Assembly (NCBI RefSeq): GCF_004010195.1
Contig: NC_057756.1
Coordinates: 715,805-779,804 of the forward strand
Length of the DNA: 64,000 bases
Origin: Chiloscyllium plagiosum
Lineage: Eukaryota
Reading direction: 5' to 3'
The notes beneath the pieces are model-generated. The model made no database searches. It was given only the letters and a program-made list of their open reading frames with translations, and had not been told where the DNA came from. Numbering within the stretch: position 1 is the stretch's first letter; the number at the start of each line of letters is the position of its first letter. This document shows positions 41,051 to 55,161 of this stretch, in pieces. Position numbers and translations under genes: made by a program.

Positions 41051-42859
41051 AATGAAGGGCAACTCATTTAAAATGAAATATCCACAAAATAGAAAGAGAA
41101 CATCAATTCAATTGTCCACTTCATTTTAGATGTTCATTCTCAGTAGTAAATTTTGTCTGAACAGCAATTCACGCAAATCACTGATTGCATTTACCAACTA
41201 TTGTTATCCATCAAATTGTATAGTAGCATTGTAGGTGGCACAGATCGATGCACAGTGATCTTTGAGAGTGATTAAGGTTTTGGTCCAGTGTTGCAAAATG
41301 AAGATTATTGTATTCTCTGTCTGAAACCGTGTGCATGTTTAAGGCAGGTTGCAGATGGTAGCCACAGCCATAAATACATTTTTTATTTTGTAAGTAGGTA
41401 CGTCAGTTAGCAAATTGATGGCATGCTAGTTCTCTATAGGTGCACACTGTGAATTCCTTTCCAAGATCGTTCCTTGCCTAATTTTCTTGATCTTAACATC
41501 TCATTAGTAACCATGATTATAGAAATGATGTGCAGTTCTCCAGAATTAACTGGAGTGCTTATACGGCAGTTGCATTCAATGAACTTGAAAACATTAAGAA
41601 AGAAAACTAAATTGATTAGCATACATTATCTATAACATTCACTCTTTTCACTGTTGTTGGAAATTTACAAGACCGAATACCATTTACGTGTTGCATTGCA
41701 GTAATGTACTGGAAACTTCCAATACAAACTCGATTACCTGGAATGAGAAAAGTTTGTCTACTTCACGAACTAGACCAGGTGCAAGATCCACAAAAGTCCA
41801 CGCATCATAAATCACCTGGAAACATTATGTTTGACATCTCTATACATCAACTGCAGCAGTCCAGGAGAATAGTTTAATAAAACTTTTCACCAAGCCAACT
41901 CTGATCACAAGTACGTAATTAGCTAGTAACCAACCCCACATCGCAAGAATAGTAAAATAAGAAATAATCGAAAATCTCAGCGTGTTCCATTTTCATATGC
42001 GAAAACTTGAAAAATGTTTTGACAAACATGCATTCCCTATCCTTTTCAGGTAGAAGTCACAGGTGTTAGCGTTATTGACATTACGATCTGCTGATTATGG
42101 CGCAGAATGCAATCAGGCCGTGGTATTTTTTGAAGTTATAAAGATGTTAAATGAAGATGACACAGCTATCAGGTCTGTTGAAATACCTCTGGTTTTATAT
42201 TACTTCTTGACGCTATATGGACTCATCAGGATAGTTGTGAGCATTCTGTTTTCCACTGAATCTTTGTCTTGCAAATTTTAGGTGGCCATTGAAGGAGTAC
42301 AGAAACTTGTCATTAATATCAGAATATGAACGTACGACGTAGGAGCATGAAACTGCCCTGCCATTTAGTGAGACCATGACTGATCTGATTTTACTCTAAA
42401 CACCACATTCGTATCCACCTCCTAATATATTTTGCTCACCAAAAGCTCACCTTCGTTGTAGAACAAAATCGATAATGGTGGCTTTCTTGTTGCCCCAAAG
42501 ACTTAAAACATTCAGAGAATATACAGAGTAGAACTTGTTGTGCCTTAAACGGACGACTTCTTAGTTTTAAGCTGTGACTTCATAATATTATCAACGTGCT
42601 CCCTATGAAATCCTCGCAGAAACCATGACCTTTTATATTTCTACATTTGAAAAGTCAGAAACCCCGCCTGTTCAGGCTTCCTTCATTACATAATTACGCA
42701 AATTCATGTGTGTAACTCACCCAATCGTTTTCTTTTTTGCTGTTGATGCCAGAAGTGGTCCTGACGATTTCCTACGCCTTGATAACATCCTCAATTCACG
42801 TATCTGCAATTCTTTGTTCTCAGATTAACGAAGATATATTATCTTTTGTCTGATTGCAG

Positions 42860-42895
42860 ATCTGAACAACTGTCAAACAGCACTGAAAGATTTGG
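42860..42895 (+). CDS. Coiled-coil micro-exon 15 (36 nt, A): DLNNCQTALKDL
   Basis: cttttgtctgattgcAG acceptor, TGG|GTGAGT donor. Confidence 0.9.
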
Positions 42896-43488
42896 GTGAG
42901 TTGAACTTTGGTTAAATATGGCTGCTCGGTTTTGCCTCATATTTTTCATTCCAATTCTAATCGAAGCAGAATTGATTAGATTGCAAGTTCTAATACTTAG
43001 TCTTGCATATGTTCACGATGTGGTTGCAGAATGACTTGTTGGACATAGTAATTCATTGGTGCATCATTAATGATTGCAATTTCAAATGCAATTTTTTTTT
43101 CCACCATGGCATTGAATCCAAAAGATCATAGCAAGATATCAATTTGGGCATTAACACACGTTCAGTAATCTCAGACCAACATTTGTGCGCTTCACTGTAT
43201 AATAGTTTTAACTGAATTTAATAAAATATACTGACATGATGTGTTGTGGACCCTTGACATATTGACTGGCTATTAATGTTATTTGTTGAGATCGACTTTT
43301 GCTGCCTCATGCATCAGCAACTCAAATAAGCTTTGCACAATTCTGCATGTCGATATTATTTTAAAAATATATTTGAGAACTTATAACTCTTGTGTTCTGC
43401 ATAGAAACTCTGACCAAATTATACTACAGAGATTAATTTCATGCTGTTGCTTTCCCTCTTTTTTCTGTTCCCTCTTTTCCTCGTGTAG

Positions 43489-43515
43489 AAGAAAAACATA
43501 AAGAAAAAGAAAAAG
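43489..43515 (+). CDS. Coiled-coil micro-exon 16 (27 nt, B): EEKHKEKEK
   Basis: Long polypyrimidine tract ending cgtgtAG, AAG|GTTAAC donor. Confidence 0.88.
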
Positions 43516-43746
43516 GTTAACATTTAATTCGAGAGAATACTGATTGTTTTATGCTTGCCAATTATTACATCAAATCTTTGTGTCAAGCGATAACCAGCTG
43601 CCCTGTAGAAAATTAAATCCGCATTCATGAGGACCTGCTGAAATGAAGACATTCAATGGACAAGGGTAAGCAACGGTATTTCATTTGTCAAGTCGCAAAA
43701 TCTGAAGAGCCATCTGTATGAAGACATGACTATCGTCAATACAACC

Positions 43747-44489
43747 TGTTATGTCACGACACAGAACCCTTCTGTTAATTAAACCAAACACCCAGAAAAG
43801 CTCACCACGTCGAGTAATCTGTGAAAATATAAGTGAAAGAGAATTCACAAATTCCACAGTGTAAAGAAAATAATATCAATTTATTCTGTAACTCTAAAAG
43901 TGAACGTTATACAACAACTATTCACAACTCTAACTCACATTTCTCCCAATTGCTTATTTTGTGCCTCCAACTCTAAAATAACATACCGTGCCAATAAAAC
44001 ACTTACTAAAATTAAATCAATTTAATTTCAAACCCATACAGCGGTTGTTATCACAAGTGACTTTCTTCTTCTGGCTGAGGGGGCTCCCTGGATCGTCTTC
44101 TTCCTTTTACTGTGAATATGCTTCATATGAAAAGTTACCTTTGTTAGAGTCTTTCTCAATGGCAGTTACTCTGTTTCATTTGAAACTGCCTACCTCTGTT
44201 ATACCCCAAACATCAGATTATATCATTGGTTCATTAATGGCAAAAGCTATAAATTCAAAGTCGATTGGATTTAAGTATCGAGGGGCATAATTTAAACTGA
44301 TTGGTTAAATTGTCAAAACAGCAACTAACTCAGGTACCTGTTTCATATCCAATGTCACATATTTTCAATTTTTCATTACACTCTGAGACTGCTAGTTAGT
44401 CATTTGATAATAGGTATTTGTTAGCTCTCAGTTCAAGACAGCATTCACTCTTACTTAAAAGTACAGTGCACGTCTTCAACCTCATAACA
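43747..44489. mobile_element. Probable solo LTR
   Basis: Termini TGTTATG...CATAACA form a 7-bp inverted repeat about 740 bp apart; aacc-like flanks, TSD register ambiguous by 1 nt. Confidence 0.55.
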
Positions 44490-47405
44490 ACCAATGAAAT
44501 TTTGTGTTAACCCTTGTGGATTTGTATGTTGCAAATTATGCGAATATCGCTGAAAATTGGCCCATTATATTTTGGAGGAAGATATGTTTTTAAGGTAACT
44601 GTGAATTGAAAAATAACAAAGAATACATTTAATATTTTTGAACAAATGTTGGGAATCATAATTGGCATTCGGGGAGGCATTTGATGCCATGTCTTTAAGT
44701 TAGATCATGCAGGAAGATTCTGTACATCAAACGTCACATAGATCCGAATGTGTTGCACATGAATAATCATTCCTAACAAGTAGTGCAAAAGTCGAGAGAA
44801 AATATAGCCTATTTATTCACGTTGTGCAGAAAACATAACCATAAGATGTTCAACAACGTTTTAAACAGTACTAGTATTTTGTTAAAGTAAAAGAAAAAAA
44901 AATCCAAAGCACAGGTTAGGTACAAACCATATCACAGAAACTGTTTATTAAACAAAATTGCTTTTGGGCCAGAGGATGGGTAATTGAGGCTAGACTATCT
45001 TTTTCCTTTCAATACTTCGCAAAGTAACTTAAACTCCTATAACTCGTTCGTAATTACTTCTTTTAATGCTGTCCACCATTTTTTTCACTTCCTGTGCTTT
45101 CAAAGTTAACAAATATACATAGGATCCTGAGGATTTCAACATTTTCAGAAATAGATCATTCAGGCAAAGTGGCCTGCCAACAACAATTTATACAATGAAA
45201 CAGTATATATATAGAGGTGTGTGTGTTCATCATAGAACAAGCTGAAAAGATCTACAAAAACGTAATCAAATAGGTAATATATGAGGACAAAAATTTTTAA
45301 AGAGGAATGCTATACAAAAACGGAGCATAGGTAACCTATAGCAACTGATATACTGTTGACGAATACTGGCTCAAATTTGATTGAAAATTCAAATGAACCG
45401 GGATTTAGCATTTCACAGATTTTGTTTTAGATTTGGATATTAGAAATATGGATTTCGGCAAAATTATTTGAGAACAAGAATAGAAATGTTAGCTGGAGTT
45501 AATGTCACTGTTCATGTACCTCAATGGTAGGTGTGCAGGAGGGATTTGAGTGCTCAATGGCTCACAACTAATAGAACGTTGATAAAAATCCATCTGTGCT
45601 TTGGAAGTGCAAATTAAAGTATTCACAGAGGGATGCAGGATAGTTTCAACATTAGGTGGCCGAAGATATTGCCAGACTAAGGCCTCCTTATGGATTCGGG
45701 AAAGGTGTGCTCAAAAATGAAACGATTATGAGGTCATAAATTTGGTTCGGGAACATACAGCCTAACAAGTTTATGAACAAAGCGTTTTAATCTCATGGCT
45801 TTGCTAATTAGATCAATAGATTTAAAGATTTCAGAATGAAGCTCGGAGAACTTCCAAAATTGGAGTCCTATCTCTTAAAATTGGAGGAATTTCATGTTAA
45901 TTTGTAATTGTACTCTGATACAGAGTCAGATAATCTAGCAAAATTGGGGCATCGAGGGTTGGGTGTTGGTACAGATGTCGATATTAAACATGCTATGAAA
46001 ACAAGGACCATCCCGTCATATTGTGTCTCTAACGTCCAAATGAGAAGTTGATGAAGGGAAATTAGTCGACAAAACCTGAATCTAAAGGTTGAGAGGAAGA
46101 AACGAACCCGTTACCTGAAACTAACGCTAAAAAGAAAACAATGGCTGCAAACAAAGTTAGGAGTCCATTCCGAAAAAGATGTACTAAAGGAAAATAGAAC
46201 TTTCAACAATGTAAAAGCGCAGGATTCAGATCCAGCTGGATAAACACAGGAAGTTAATCATATGCACAGTAATAAACGATAGAATTTCAGACTTTGAAAG
46301 AAGCATTGTGACTGCGGTTGCAGATTAATACATTAATAAATTAACAGGAGACAGTAAGTATGACGTTATTGACAGTATGGGAAGCAATTTAAATGTTGCC
46401 AATATGATTAAGTTTCATGGAGAGAAAAGATACGTTGGAGATGTGAGAGTAGATTGCAAAGAGTAGTGGTTTTACTTGTATAAATATGTAGTGACAGCAG
46501 ATTTAACAGTAAGATGAAGCATATGAACAGAAAGGTCATAACTTAAATACTGGCTACTGTTTACTTGCAGTTTTGTGTGAATACAATCGAGGGAACACTC
46601 ACAGAGTATCTTAGATAAGAGCTGTATTAGCTAAAACATTACAGAAGGTGAACAGAGTACAAGAACAAGAGAAAGATTTGAATGGAACATTTCCTAGTGA
46701 ATTCAGGAAAGGGGACAACATGGTCCACAATGTTGATTCAAATTTCTCTATCTTAGTGGCTAAGGACAATTTTGAGATCTTTGAACCGGTCGAAGACGCT
46801 GGTGCTGGGAACAAGGGAGAAGGAACTGGAAAAGATGGTGTTCTGTCGAGGTGTGAAGCTAACATTTGTATTTGAAGACCATAATTTTTCAGTTATACTG
46901 AGCAGTCCTCATTGGAATAATGAGAAAGGCTATGACAAACTTCACTATTCCAGTCAGCTTCATTCCATCTTGCCTCAGCTAAAATCTTTTTTGGAGTTAT
47001 ATACTTGAGGTTAGTACGAGCGCTCTATCTCAACCTCGGTCATTGTCTGGGGCGTGGTGGCTTTCAAGTTAAACTTGCCAGCAGTCCTCTCTCTTTAGAA
47101 GATATCAGCTCCATAGTCCGCTGGGACTATCACGATTTTGCTTTACTTCAAAAGAAGATAGTCTGTTTGTAGATTTTCTGTTTGTAGATTTAGCAGCAGA
47201 TGATTTTCTGTAATATTGCCAGGGGATCTTTTTTGAACAGATGAAATAGCACTTTCACTAATCAGTAAAATGTTTGACGTATGTCAAGTAGTAAGTAATC
47301 TGTTTTAGTGGCTTTGGAGGTCTTATCATTAAAATAAATAGGAAAGATTTTCTGCTGATTACTAATTGTTATTCAAATATTGATATATTCCTCTTCATTT
47401 TTCAG

Positions 47406-47441
47406 AGCTAATCGACTGTCAAGAAGTTCTGAAACAATTTG
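47406..47441 (+). CDS. Coiled-coil micro-exon 17 (36 nt, A): ELIDCQEVLKQF
   Basis: cctcttcatttttcAG acceptor, TTG|GTGAAG donor. Confidence 0.9.
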
Positions 47442-50322
47442 GTGAAGAAAACTGTTTTTATGCATGGTCGCATTTGTTCATAAGTGTCTACGTGTGATGA
47501 AATAACATTTTGGAGGACAATAAGACCATAACAGAAATGATCCTGTTTTGCCCTTCAATAGGATCACGCCTGATCTGATATTCCTTATGACAACTTTCCT
47601 GCCCTTTCCTGGCAACTCTCGATTCCCCTTCTGATCAACAATTTATTTATAGCAGCTTTAAGGACAAGGACCTCCCCCCACAAATCTCTGTAGTTAGAAG
47701 TTCCAAAAGTTCATAGTCCTTTGAATAAGGAAATTCCTCCTCAAATCAACCTTAATGTAAGGCCTGTTTATTATGAGATTGTGGCCTCTTGTTCAGGAGT
47801 TCTCCAATGGGGAAATCATGTTCCTGGTATTTAGCATGGCATGCCCCTTAAAATCATATTTGTTGCAAAGGGATCACCCCTCGATCTTTTAAAGTCTAGT
47901 GAATTAAGTCTCAAGTCAATTTGAACATTGGGAAAGTGTTTCACATCAAATATATCCTATTGAACCTTCTATGAATGTCTACTAATAAATGACAGTTTTC
48001 TTTAATTAAAAAAACCTATTCCCAGTGCTTCGACGTGTTTTCACCAGCACCTAGTACCGTTACACGCAGGCTTCCCTACTTTTATTCATGAAAATCCTTG
48101 ATATGAGGGCCAACATTTCAGTAACGTTCCTGAGTATGCAATACTTCTGAAAGGCAGTATCAATTCACTTATTAATGTTTTATTGAAAGGAAGTTCTGGG
48201 TAAGCACAAGCTTCATGCTTATGTGTGGGCCACTGCAAGAAAAGATTCCAATAGTTCTCAGCACAATGCTCGTACAAATACTATTTGATTAAAATGCTGC
48301 AGGTGCTAAAATTGTAATTGGTGGAACCAACCATGAAAACCTACATAGCAACACCAAATGCTCTATTAAAGCAGGCAAATAAATAAAGTTAACAATGTCT
48401 GGAAACATCATACCAGTACCGATTATTGGAACGAAATGTTCCTATCTATATTTTAGCCTTTCCTGAAAAAAGTATAAACACAAAAAATGTGGAATCATAT
48501 TGTGTTAATTTATGTGTAATAAATGTGGCATTAAAAATGAATAAAAGTTCGAAGCTCTTATCTGGTGCAGATAAATAGAAATAATGCAGTGGATGTACTG
48601 TAATTGCAATTATTTGGTCGCACATTTGTTACAATCTCAAAAAAACCCCAAAAGGAACAGATACAAGTGCATGAGAAGGAACCGAATAGCATGGATTACG
48701 TTTTGGACTCAGCTTGTGTAACAAAATAAAACAGAATTGACGTTGCATTTGAGTTTGAAAATGGCAAATATTTGGATTAATATTAAGGCTTCAACTGTGT
48801 CAAATCTACATTTAGCAATCAGCAATTCTGTGCATTGCGCACAAATTCGCTGCTAAGTGGAAAAACAAAGTTTGCGGACACAGTGGAATGGACAATCTAA
48901 ATGAGTTGTTTAAATAGAAAACAGACGGACCAGTATTTTGGAAACTGAGAGGTTTACCAATTTTAGGGAAGGGATCTCAAATTAGAATCCGACTCCAATG
49001 GAAAGAAAATGTCAAATTCTGCAATTCAGTACACCTTGGTGTATGAATGCATGAATCACAAGCTTCCGGAAATGATTGTCGCAAGATCTGACGGAAATAT
49101 TCAATCTCCATTTACAGGTGCAAGGTTTGATTGGGGAAAGTTGACGTTGCTTTGTTAGAGGAAAGGTTTTTCCTAATAAAGTTTATTTAGTTTTTCCTTG
49201 GATTGAATAGATGTGTAGATGTGCATAGCAGAATTAATATAGTTCGTGTGGATTTAAACAAAAACGTTGAAAATGTCTGACAAGGCAGACTGATGGAGAA
49301 AGTAAGAGCACTTCGGTTCCAGGGTGACTTAGCAGGATAGATTCAAAGTTCACTGAGTGATTCGTGATGCATGTAATGGTGGAAAGATGTTTGTGCAATT
49401 GAGGGCCAGTTTTCAGTTGCATACAAAAGAAATGAGTGCGAGATCCCCTAATTTCGTGACATCAATCATCAAAAAAACTGATATTTCGGTGGGTGTGGCA
49501 GTGGAAGTTTGCAGATGACAAAAAGGCGAGCCAGGTGGTTCATAGTGAAGTAAAGATCAAAGAAGGGTTGGAAAGTGAACAGATCATTAGCACATCAATT
49601 TTAAACTTGAAAAGTATGACGAGACAAAATTTCGAAAGATGTAACAAGATAATGAATGACAGGGCAGTAGGAATCTCAGTCGAACAAAGGATTTTTTTTA
49701 TATTCGTCCAAGGATCACTGAAGGAAGCAGGAAACTTTAAGACAGTAGTTAATAGATTGAGAGAACATTTGCCTTTATAAGTCATAGTTCAAAAATCATG
49801 CAATACCAAGTTATTTGGAAACAAACCTGTTAAAATATAACCTGGTATTGTGCGTTTTATTTTACCTTTGTCCACCTAGTCCAATACCAGAACCTCTACA
49901 TAATTTATAACTCATGTCATATATTACAAGAGCAGGGACGTTTAGTTGGAGATGTACTGAACTTTGGATTGGTAATAGATGGAGGACGGTGTGTGGACCT
50001 GTCACCACATCATAGGATGGACGTGTTTGGGCCAGAGGTGATGCAGAAGAGATCCACCGGGGTAGTGCCTGATTTGGAATTTTTTTTTAGCTTTAAACAC
50101 GCTCTGGAAAGCTTCTAGTGTTTTTTTTTAGAACACAGGAGATTAAGGTGGCATTTCATTTAGGCATGCGGGTTTATGAATGAAACAGAAAATAAATGCT
50201 TCCCTTCGGTGAAGGGACAAAATGATGGCTTAATTTTATTGTTATGCAAGTGAGAAGGTTTGGGGTAAAGCACTAGGATTAAATTGATGTCATATGAGAA
50301 ACCGTTTGAGCAGATTGGTACC

Positions 50323-50897
50323 TGTTATAGACCAGGCCAAGCCCCTCAAAACATTTCAAGAAGATACCCCAGACTCTAATTTTTCTGGTTGGTTTAAGCA
50401 GGTGAGAGTAGATATTCCAGGCGTGTTGCAGCTGGACCAACCATTCAGTTTTAAAATAAAGAAAATTTATTTGTACGTGAACAAAAGAAAACGGTATTTG
50501 GAATAACCACGACCATTGGAAACCCCAATTGACATTATCGAGATAAATGATGATGTTCCAAATACTTGCAATATCCCAGAGAACACCCTTTGGCAAAGAA
50601 AACGTTAAATCAAACACAGGTTCTGAAAGTACAAATATCAGGAAGAGAAAGGATCAGCATGGAGGTATTTATTTGATCAGCAGACTCATAAACTGATTGT
50701 TTGCTAAAGCTAAACCAAACCAATCCCTGAACTTGGAGAATTGACCACTCCTCTTTTATTGTACAAGTGTTCTAAAAGAAAGACTTAAGTGCATTCTCAA
50801 GTAGATAACCCAAACATATTGCAACCTTTGACTTTATGGCCCCTCTGAGAAACAAACAAGGACAACCTAACCTTTTTAAAGGAATAGCAGCACCACA
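50323..50897 (-). mobile_element. Solo LTR related to the LTR at 39841-40432
   Basis: Shared start tgttat(a/g)gaccaggcca, internal tt(t)gc/ggcaaaga and caaggaca motifs, similar length. Confidence 0.7.
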
Positions 50898-51626
50898 CAG
50901 CAAGCATATTGTAGTTTTAACAGAAACAAACCTAACTGCATTGAGACGTGCAAGATTCGGAGATTTCTTGACAGGGTAGGTGGTCAGATGAATTTCTCAA
51001 CGAAGCTAGAATCAACATGAGCAAACAATTTTAAAACAAGGTATCTGTTAAATAAGATGGAGTTCTTCTCTTCACAGTTGAGTAATGTTGGAAATTACGA
51101 CAACACAAAACACAGAAACATTCTGAATGCTGTGTACAACATATTTTACATCAACAAAAGAATTAACTTTTTTGGTGTTCAGATAAGGAAGTGGATTTCC
51201 TGGGATAACAATGTTAGCCATAATCTTGAGGAATGTATGACGAATAGCGGGCCAATTGTTCAAATTCTAAGTTCCTAAGTTCCTACTAAACAAATCCACA
51301 CATTACTGAAACTTGTGCTCACTCTTTGCATTGCCATTCTTTGATGTTGTGCTGGAACCTCGGAAGTGTCTTCATCATTCATTATCCATACTTTATTATC
51401 TTGTGTAATTGTTTGTTTCTAATAAAAAAAAGAAACACACTGAATATAATTCAACAAACCTTAATTCTACTAGATAATAAACCAGCAAGGCACGCTAACA
51501 ATCAATAACTAATCCTTGTAGAATTACAAGTAGATGCCTCATGTCGAAGTCCAGATTAATATTATGTTCAGTGATATGTTTCATCATGTTAACTTGATAT
51601 TTTCTTCCTCCCTGACCGATTCACAG

Positions 51627-51641
51627 AAGCTACAAAACAAG
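51627..51641 (+). CDS. Micro-exon 18 (15 nt, class C): EATKQ
   Basis: tttcttcctccctgaccgattcacAG acceptor, AAG|GTGAGC donor; occupies a class B slot. Confidence 0.75.
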
Positions 51642-51739
51642 GTGAGCATTAGCAGATCACAAGAAAATTGTAAGCACAATAGGTTATTCGAACATTTTGC
51701 GCTATTTCAAATGGTGCCAGAGACCCGTCTACTATCTTT

Positions 51740-51823
51740 TCTGTTATTTTCATTATTGTTGTTGTTATTATTATTAATAATATTATCGTTATTATTATTA
51801 TTGCTGTTGTTGTTGTTGTTATC
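51740..51823. repeat. (TTA/TTG)n degenerate microsatellite
   Basis: Direct reading; it explains the poly-Leu stretch in ORF 51534-51881. Confidence 0.85.
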
Positions 51824-51896
51824 ATTCTGGAGCCCGTCTTTGAAATCCCATTTCAACGTATGCAGCAAAATACAGCATTAAAAACTTTATTTCTAT

Positions 51897-52396
51897 NNNN
51901 NNNNNNNNNNNNNNNNNNNNNNNNNNNNNNNNNNNNNNNNNNNNNNNNNNNNNNNNNNNNNNNNNNNNNNNNNNNNNNNNNNNNNNNNNNNNNNNNNNNN
52001 NNNNNNNNNNNNNNNNNNNNNNNNNNNNNNNNNNNNNNNNNNNNNNNNNNNNNNNNNNNNNNNNNNNNNNNNNNNNNNNNNNNNNNNNNNNNNNNNNNNN
52101 NNNNNNNNNNNNNNNNNNNNNNNNNNNNNNNNNNNNNNNNNNNNNNNNNNNNNNNNNNNNNNNNNNNNNNNNNNNNNNNNNNNNNNNNNNNNNNNNNNNN
52201 NNNNNNNNNNNNNNNNNNNNNNNNNNNNNNNNNNNNNNNNNNNNNNNNNNNNNNNNNNNNNNNNNNNNNNNNNNNNNNNNNNNNNNNNNNNNNNNNNNNN
52301 NNNNNNNNNNNNNNNNNNNNNNNNNNNNNNNNNNNNNNNNNNNNNNNNNNNNNNNNNNNNNNNNNNNNNNNNNNNNNNNNNNNNNNNNNNNNNNNN
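51897..52396. other. Assembly gap (500 N)
   Basis: Run of N. Confidence 0.99.
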
Positions 52397-53704
52397 GTGG
52401 CCAAAACCTATGTCTCCAAGACTTCACTGTTGATGTATCTGCAAGTTGTTTCTGTCAATCAGTTCACCAGGAGCTCTGTGAAGAACGAACTGTAAATGTG
52501 TTTTGAACCACATTCCATTCACATTATCATTTTAGGTTTGTGACTTCAGCAATATGTCGTCTAGCTGTGAGAAGTATTTGCTAGTAGTTATGCTCATCTA
52601 ACTTTTATTTCCTCCCTTGACAACGTGATATTTCTGCTAAACGTGTCAACATTTGTCCCCATGTGGCCTTATTGTGCAACATTTCCTGTTGCCATTAATA
52701 ACATGTTGGTTTTTTTGCGTGGATTTACTACAACACGTTGCCTGTTGAAGACAAACTCCAATTCCTTTGGTATTCCCTTCATTTATTCTGAGCTTCAACC
52801 TTATGTAGCCAAATGTAATTATCCAAATCTTCATGCGCAGGACAGTTCAAAGTTTTTCCAAAGTATTACACTATTTTGGAGAATATAAGGCTTCCCAAAC
52901 AAAACGAAATATCCATTTTAATGCAACTATCATAGAATGAATTGCGTAATGTGATTCTTACAACATATTTACAATCCATTACCATGACGTTATCCTATCC
53001 TTGAACGATGCAATCCATTTTTCTAATTTCCAATGAAATCCATTTCTAATCCTGTACTTTCTTAGCTGATGCATTTATTATACTTCATAATATTTCCAGT
53101 GGCATCATATCTATGTGTAGCATATAAATGATTTTACATGGGAACGTTTCTGCTTGCTTACCAAATCCTGAACACATGTAATTCTGAAAACAAAGATCAA
53201 ATAGATGACCTGTGATGTTTTCTCTGCAAGAGTAAAACACTCTGTCCATGTAACAAAATTCCCATCGCATGGTTCAAAGGAATGAACAAGCTCAGTATTC
53301 GAGAATTTTATGAGGTGTTCCAGTTGCAGCCGAGTCAAAGTTTCATTCAGATTATTATAAATCACTTGATTTTATTTCAAACTACTCTCTTTATATCACC
53401 TAGGTTCCTATGTAGCTTCATAAACACTTTCTCGATCTCCAAGTTAGTTTCAAGAATTTGTATGCATCCTTCATGCCCATACATCTGTCAACGATCACTG
53501 TATGGGTCACCCCCCCTTTTCAATTCTCTTCTACTTCATTTTTTTTCATATTCCCAAAATAGCAACTCTTCCAATCTCACGCTACGAACTTCCCTATGCA
53601 AGGGATTTCCCCACTGCACTGGTGCCCAAAAAGTATATTATCTTCAAGTTCACCTGTTTTCTTCCTTGTCTGCATCAAGTACAAAAATTTAAAGTTCGCA
53701 CACA

Positions 53705-54290
53705 ATTAAAAACCAAAAGAACTGTGGATGCTGCAAATCAGAAACAGAAACAGAAGTTGCTGGAAAAGTTCAACAGGTTTGTCAACATCTGTGAAGAGAA
53801 AAAAAAATAACATTTCGGGTCCAGTTTTTATTTCATGTTAAACTCAGTACCACATATCTTCTCAACATTCCCACGTTGAAGAGGGTTTGCTCCTCTCTCC
53901 GAAGGAATTTCTATTCCTTTTTTTTCTTGACAACCGACGTTAATTTCACTGTCAGTCCAGGTGTTTGGTCACGTATTTGCTGAAACTCGCTTCCCTCGGG
54001 ATATCACATTCCTCAGTGAATGCCTGCAGCTCCGCACACGAAGTGGATTCTAAATGAAATTTCATCTTTTGTGCTTTGCATCCACCCAGGGTCCCACGTC
54101 TTTCCATGATGATTACAATTAGCTTAGTTTGCCACAACCTGAGATCCACACATAGCGCAACGTGCTAAACCTCAACCTTTCTTTCCCGTTCTTACGAGAG
54201 TCACTGGACATAAAACTTTAACGTTGATTTCTCTTCACAGCTGCTTCCAGAGCTGGTGAGCCTTTCCAGCAATTTGTGTTTTCATTTGGC
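53705..54290. mobile_element. Inverted pair of short terminal-repeat-like elements (second family) flanking about 370 bp
   Basis: 53740-53825 (gaagttgctggaaaagttcaacagg...ggtccagt) and 54200-54285 (actggac...cctttccagcaatttgtgtttt) are approximate reverse complements; related copies near 7415-7510, 21840-21935 and 26375-26492. Confidence 0.55.
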
Positions 54291-54405
54291 ACGCGCAGTC
54301 GTTTGCCAAATATGCATGTTGTATTTAATTTAGGAACTTGTCAGGTTTTACTTAAAAAAATTGATCCATTATTGAAAATTAATTTGTCCATTTTCTGAAT
54401 TGCAG

Positions 54406-54441
54406 AACTAACCAACTGCCACTCAGCTCTAAAAGAATTAG
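54406..54441 (+). CDS. Coiled-coil micro-exon 19 (36 nt, A): ELTNCHSALKEL
   Basis: ttttctgaattgcAG acceptor, TAG|GTGAGC donor. Confidence 0.9.
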
Positions 54442-54811
54442 GTGAGCTATATATATATATATATAATTGATATTTAACTTGAGAATGAAAATGGGCAGTG
54501 ATGTTGCAAATACCTGACATACAGTCATTTCAATGCAAATCCATTGGCTTGAATGCAAAATAATAGGTGTTATGCAACGCAAGGCAGTTTGCAGCCAACA
54601 CCCATTTAGCCCAAACTAAATTTCTCATACTCCCCGACACAAACATTACTAACATTGGAAAACACACCTGTTACTCATTCCTGTTCGGTGACATCAATGA
54701 AGGTATACTATCACGTCTATCAATTTAGCATTCGGATGATAACATTGTCCATGTCGTGGGGTATTGGTTAAAACCATCTTTTCTTTTGCTTTTGTTATGT
54801 GTTTTAAACAG

Positions 54812-54838
54812 AAGACAATCTCAAATCAAAAGTTAAAG
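54812..54838 (+). CDS. Coiled-coil micro-exon 20 (27 nt, B): EDNLKSKVK
   Basis: ttatgtgttttaaacAG acceptor, AAG|GTAGCT donor. Confidence 0.88.
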
Positions 54839-55055
54839 GTAGCTAAGAAAAAGAACCACTGAATAAAACCTGATAATTGTTTTTTGTTTTTGCCAAATTG
54901 TTTCTATGCCTGATGTAGGAGTGCCTCGACTTATTAGTGCTGTTTGCTAAAACAAGATTACAAGTGTTAACACAGGAGCTACTTTACAAATTGATTGCTA
55001 CTTTGAATACTGAATTGTGCATAATCGTTTTACAGCAAAATCCAATTTAGAATCA

Positions 55056-55075
55056 ATCTATCTATCTATCCAGTC

Positions 55076-55161
<86 letters not shown>

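Noticed and set aside
42050..42062. ccttttcAG|GTAGAAGTCACAG|GT: candidate 13-nt exon or recursive splice site
   Set aside because: It would shift the frame, and AG|GT juxtapositions occur by chance in long introns.
45236..45273. Exon-like segment catAG|AACAAGCTGAAAAG...CAAATAG|GTAATA reading EQAEKIYKNVIK*
   Set aside because: 38 nt, weak pyrimidine tract, in-frame stop, and it breaks the alternation. It could only be an alternative terminal or poison exon, and nothing supports that.
51534..51881. ORF with a poly-Leu stretch resembling a transmembrane helix, overlapping exon 18
   Set aside because: The hydrophobic run comes from a TTA/TTG microsatellite, and no acceptor supports it as an exon.
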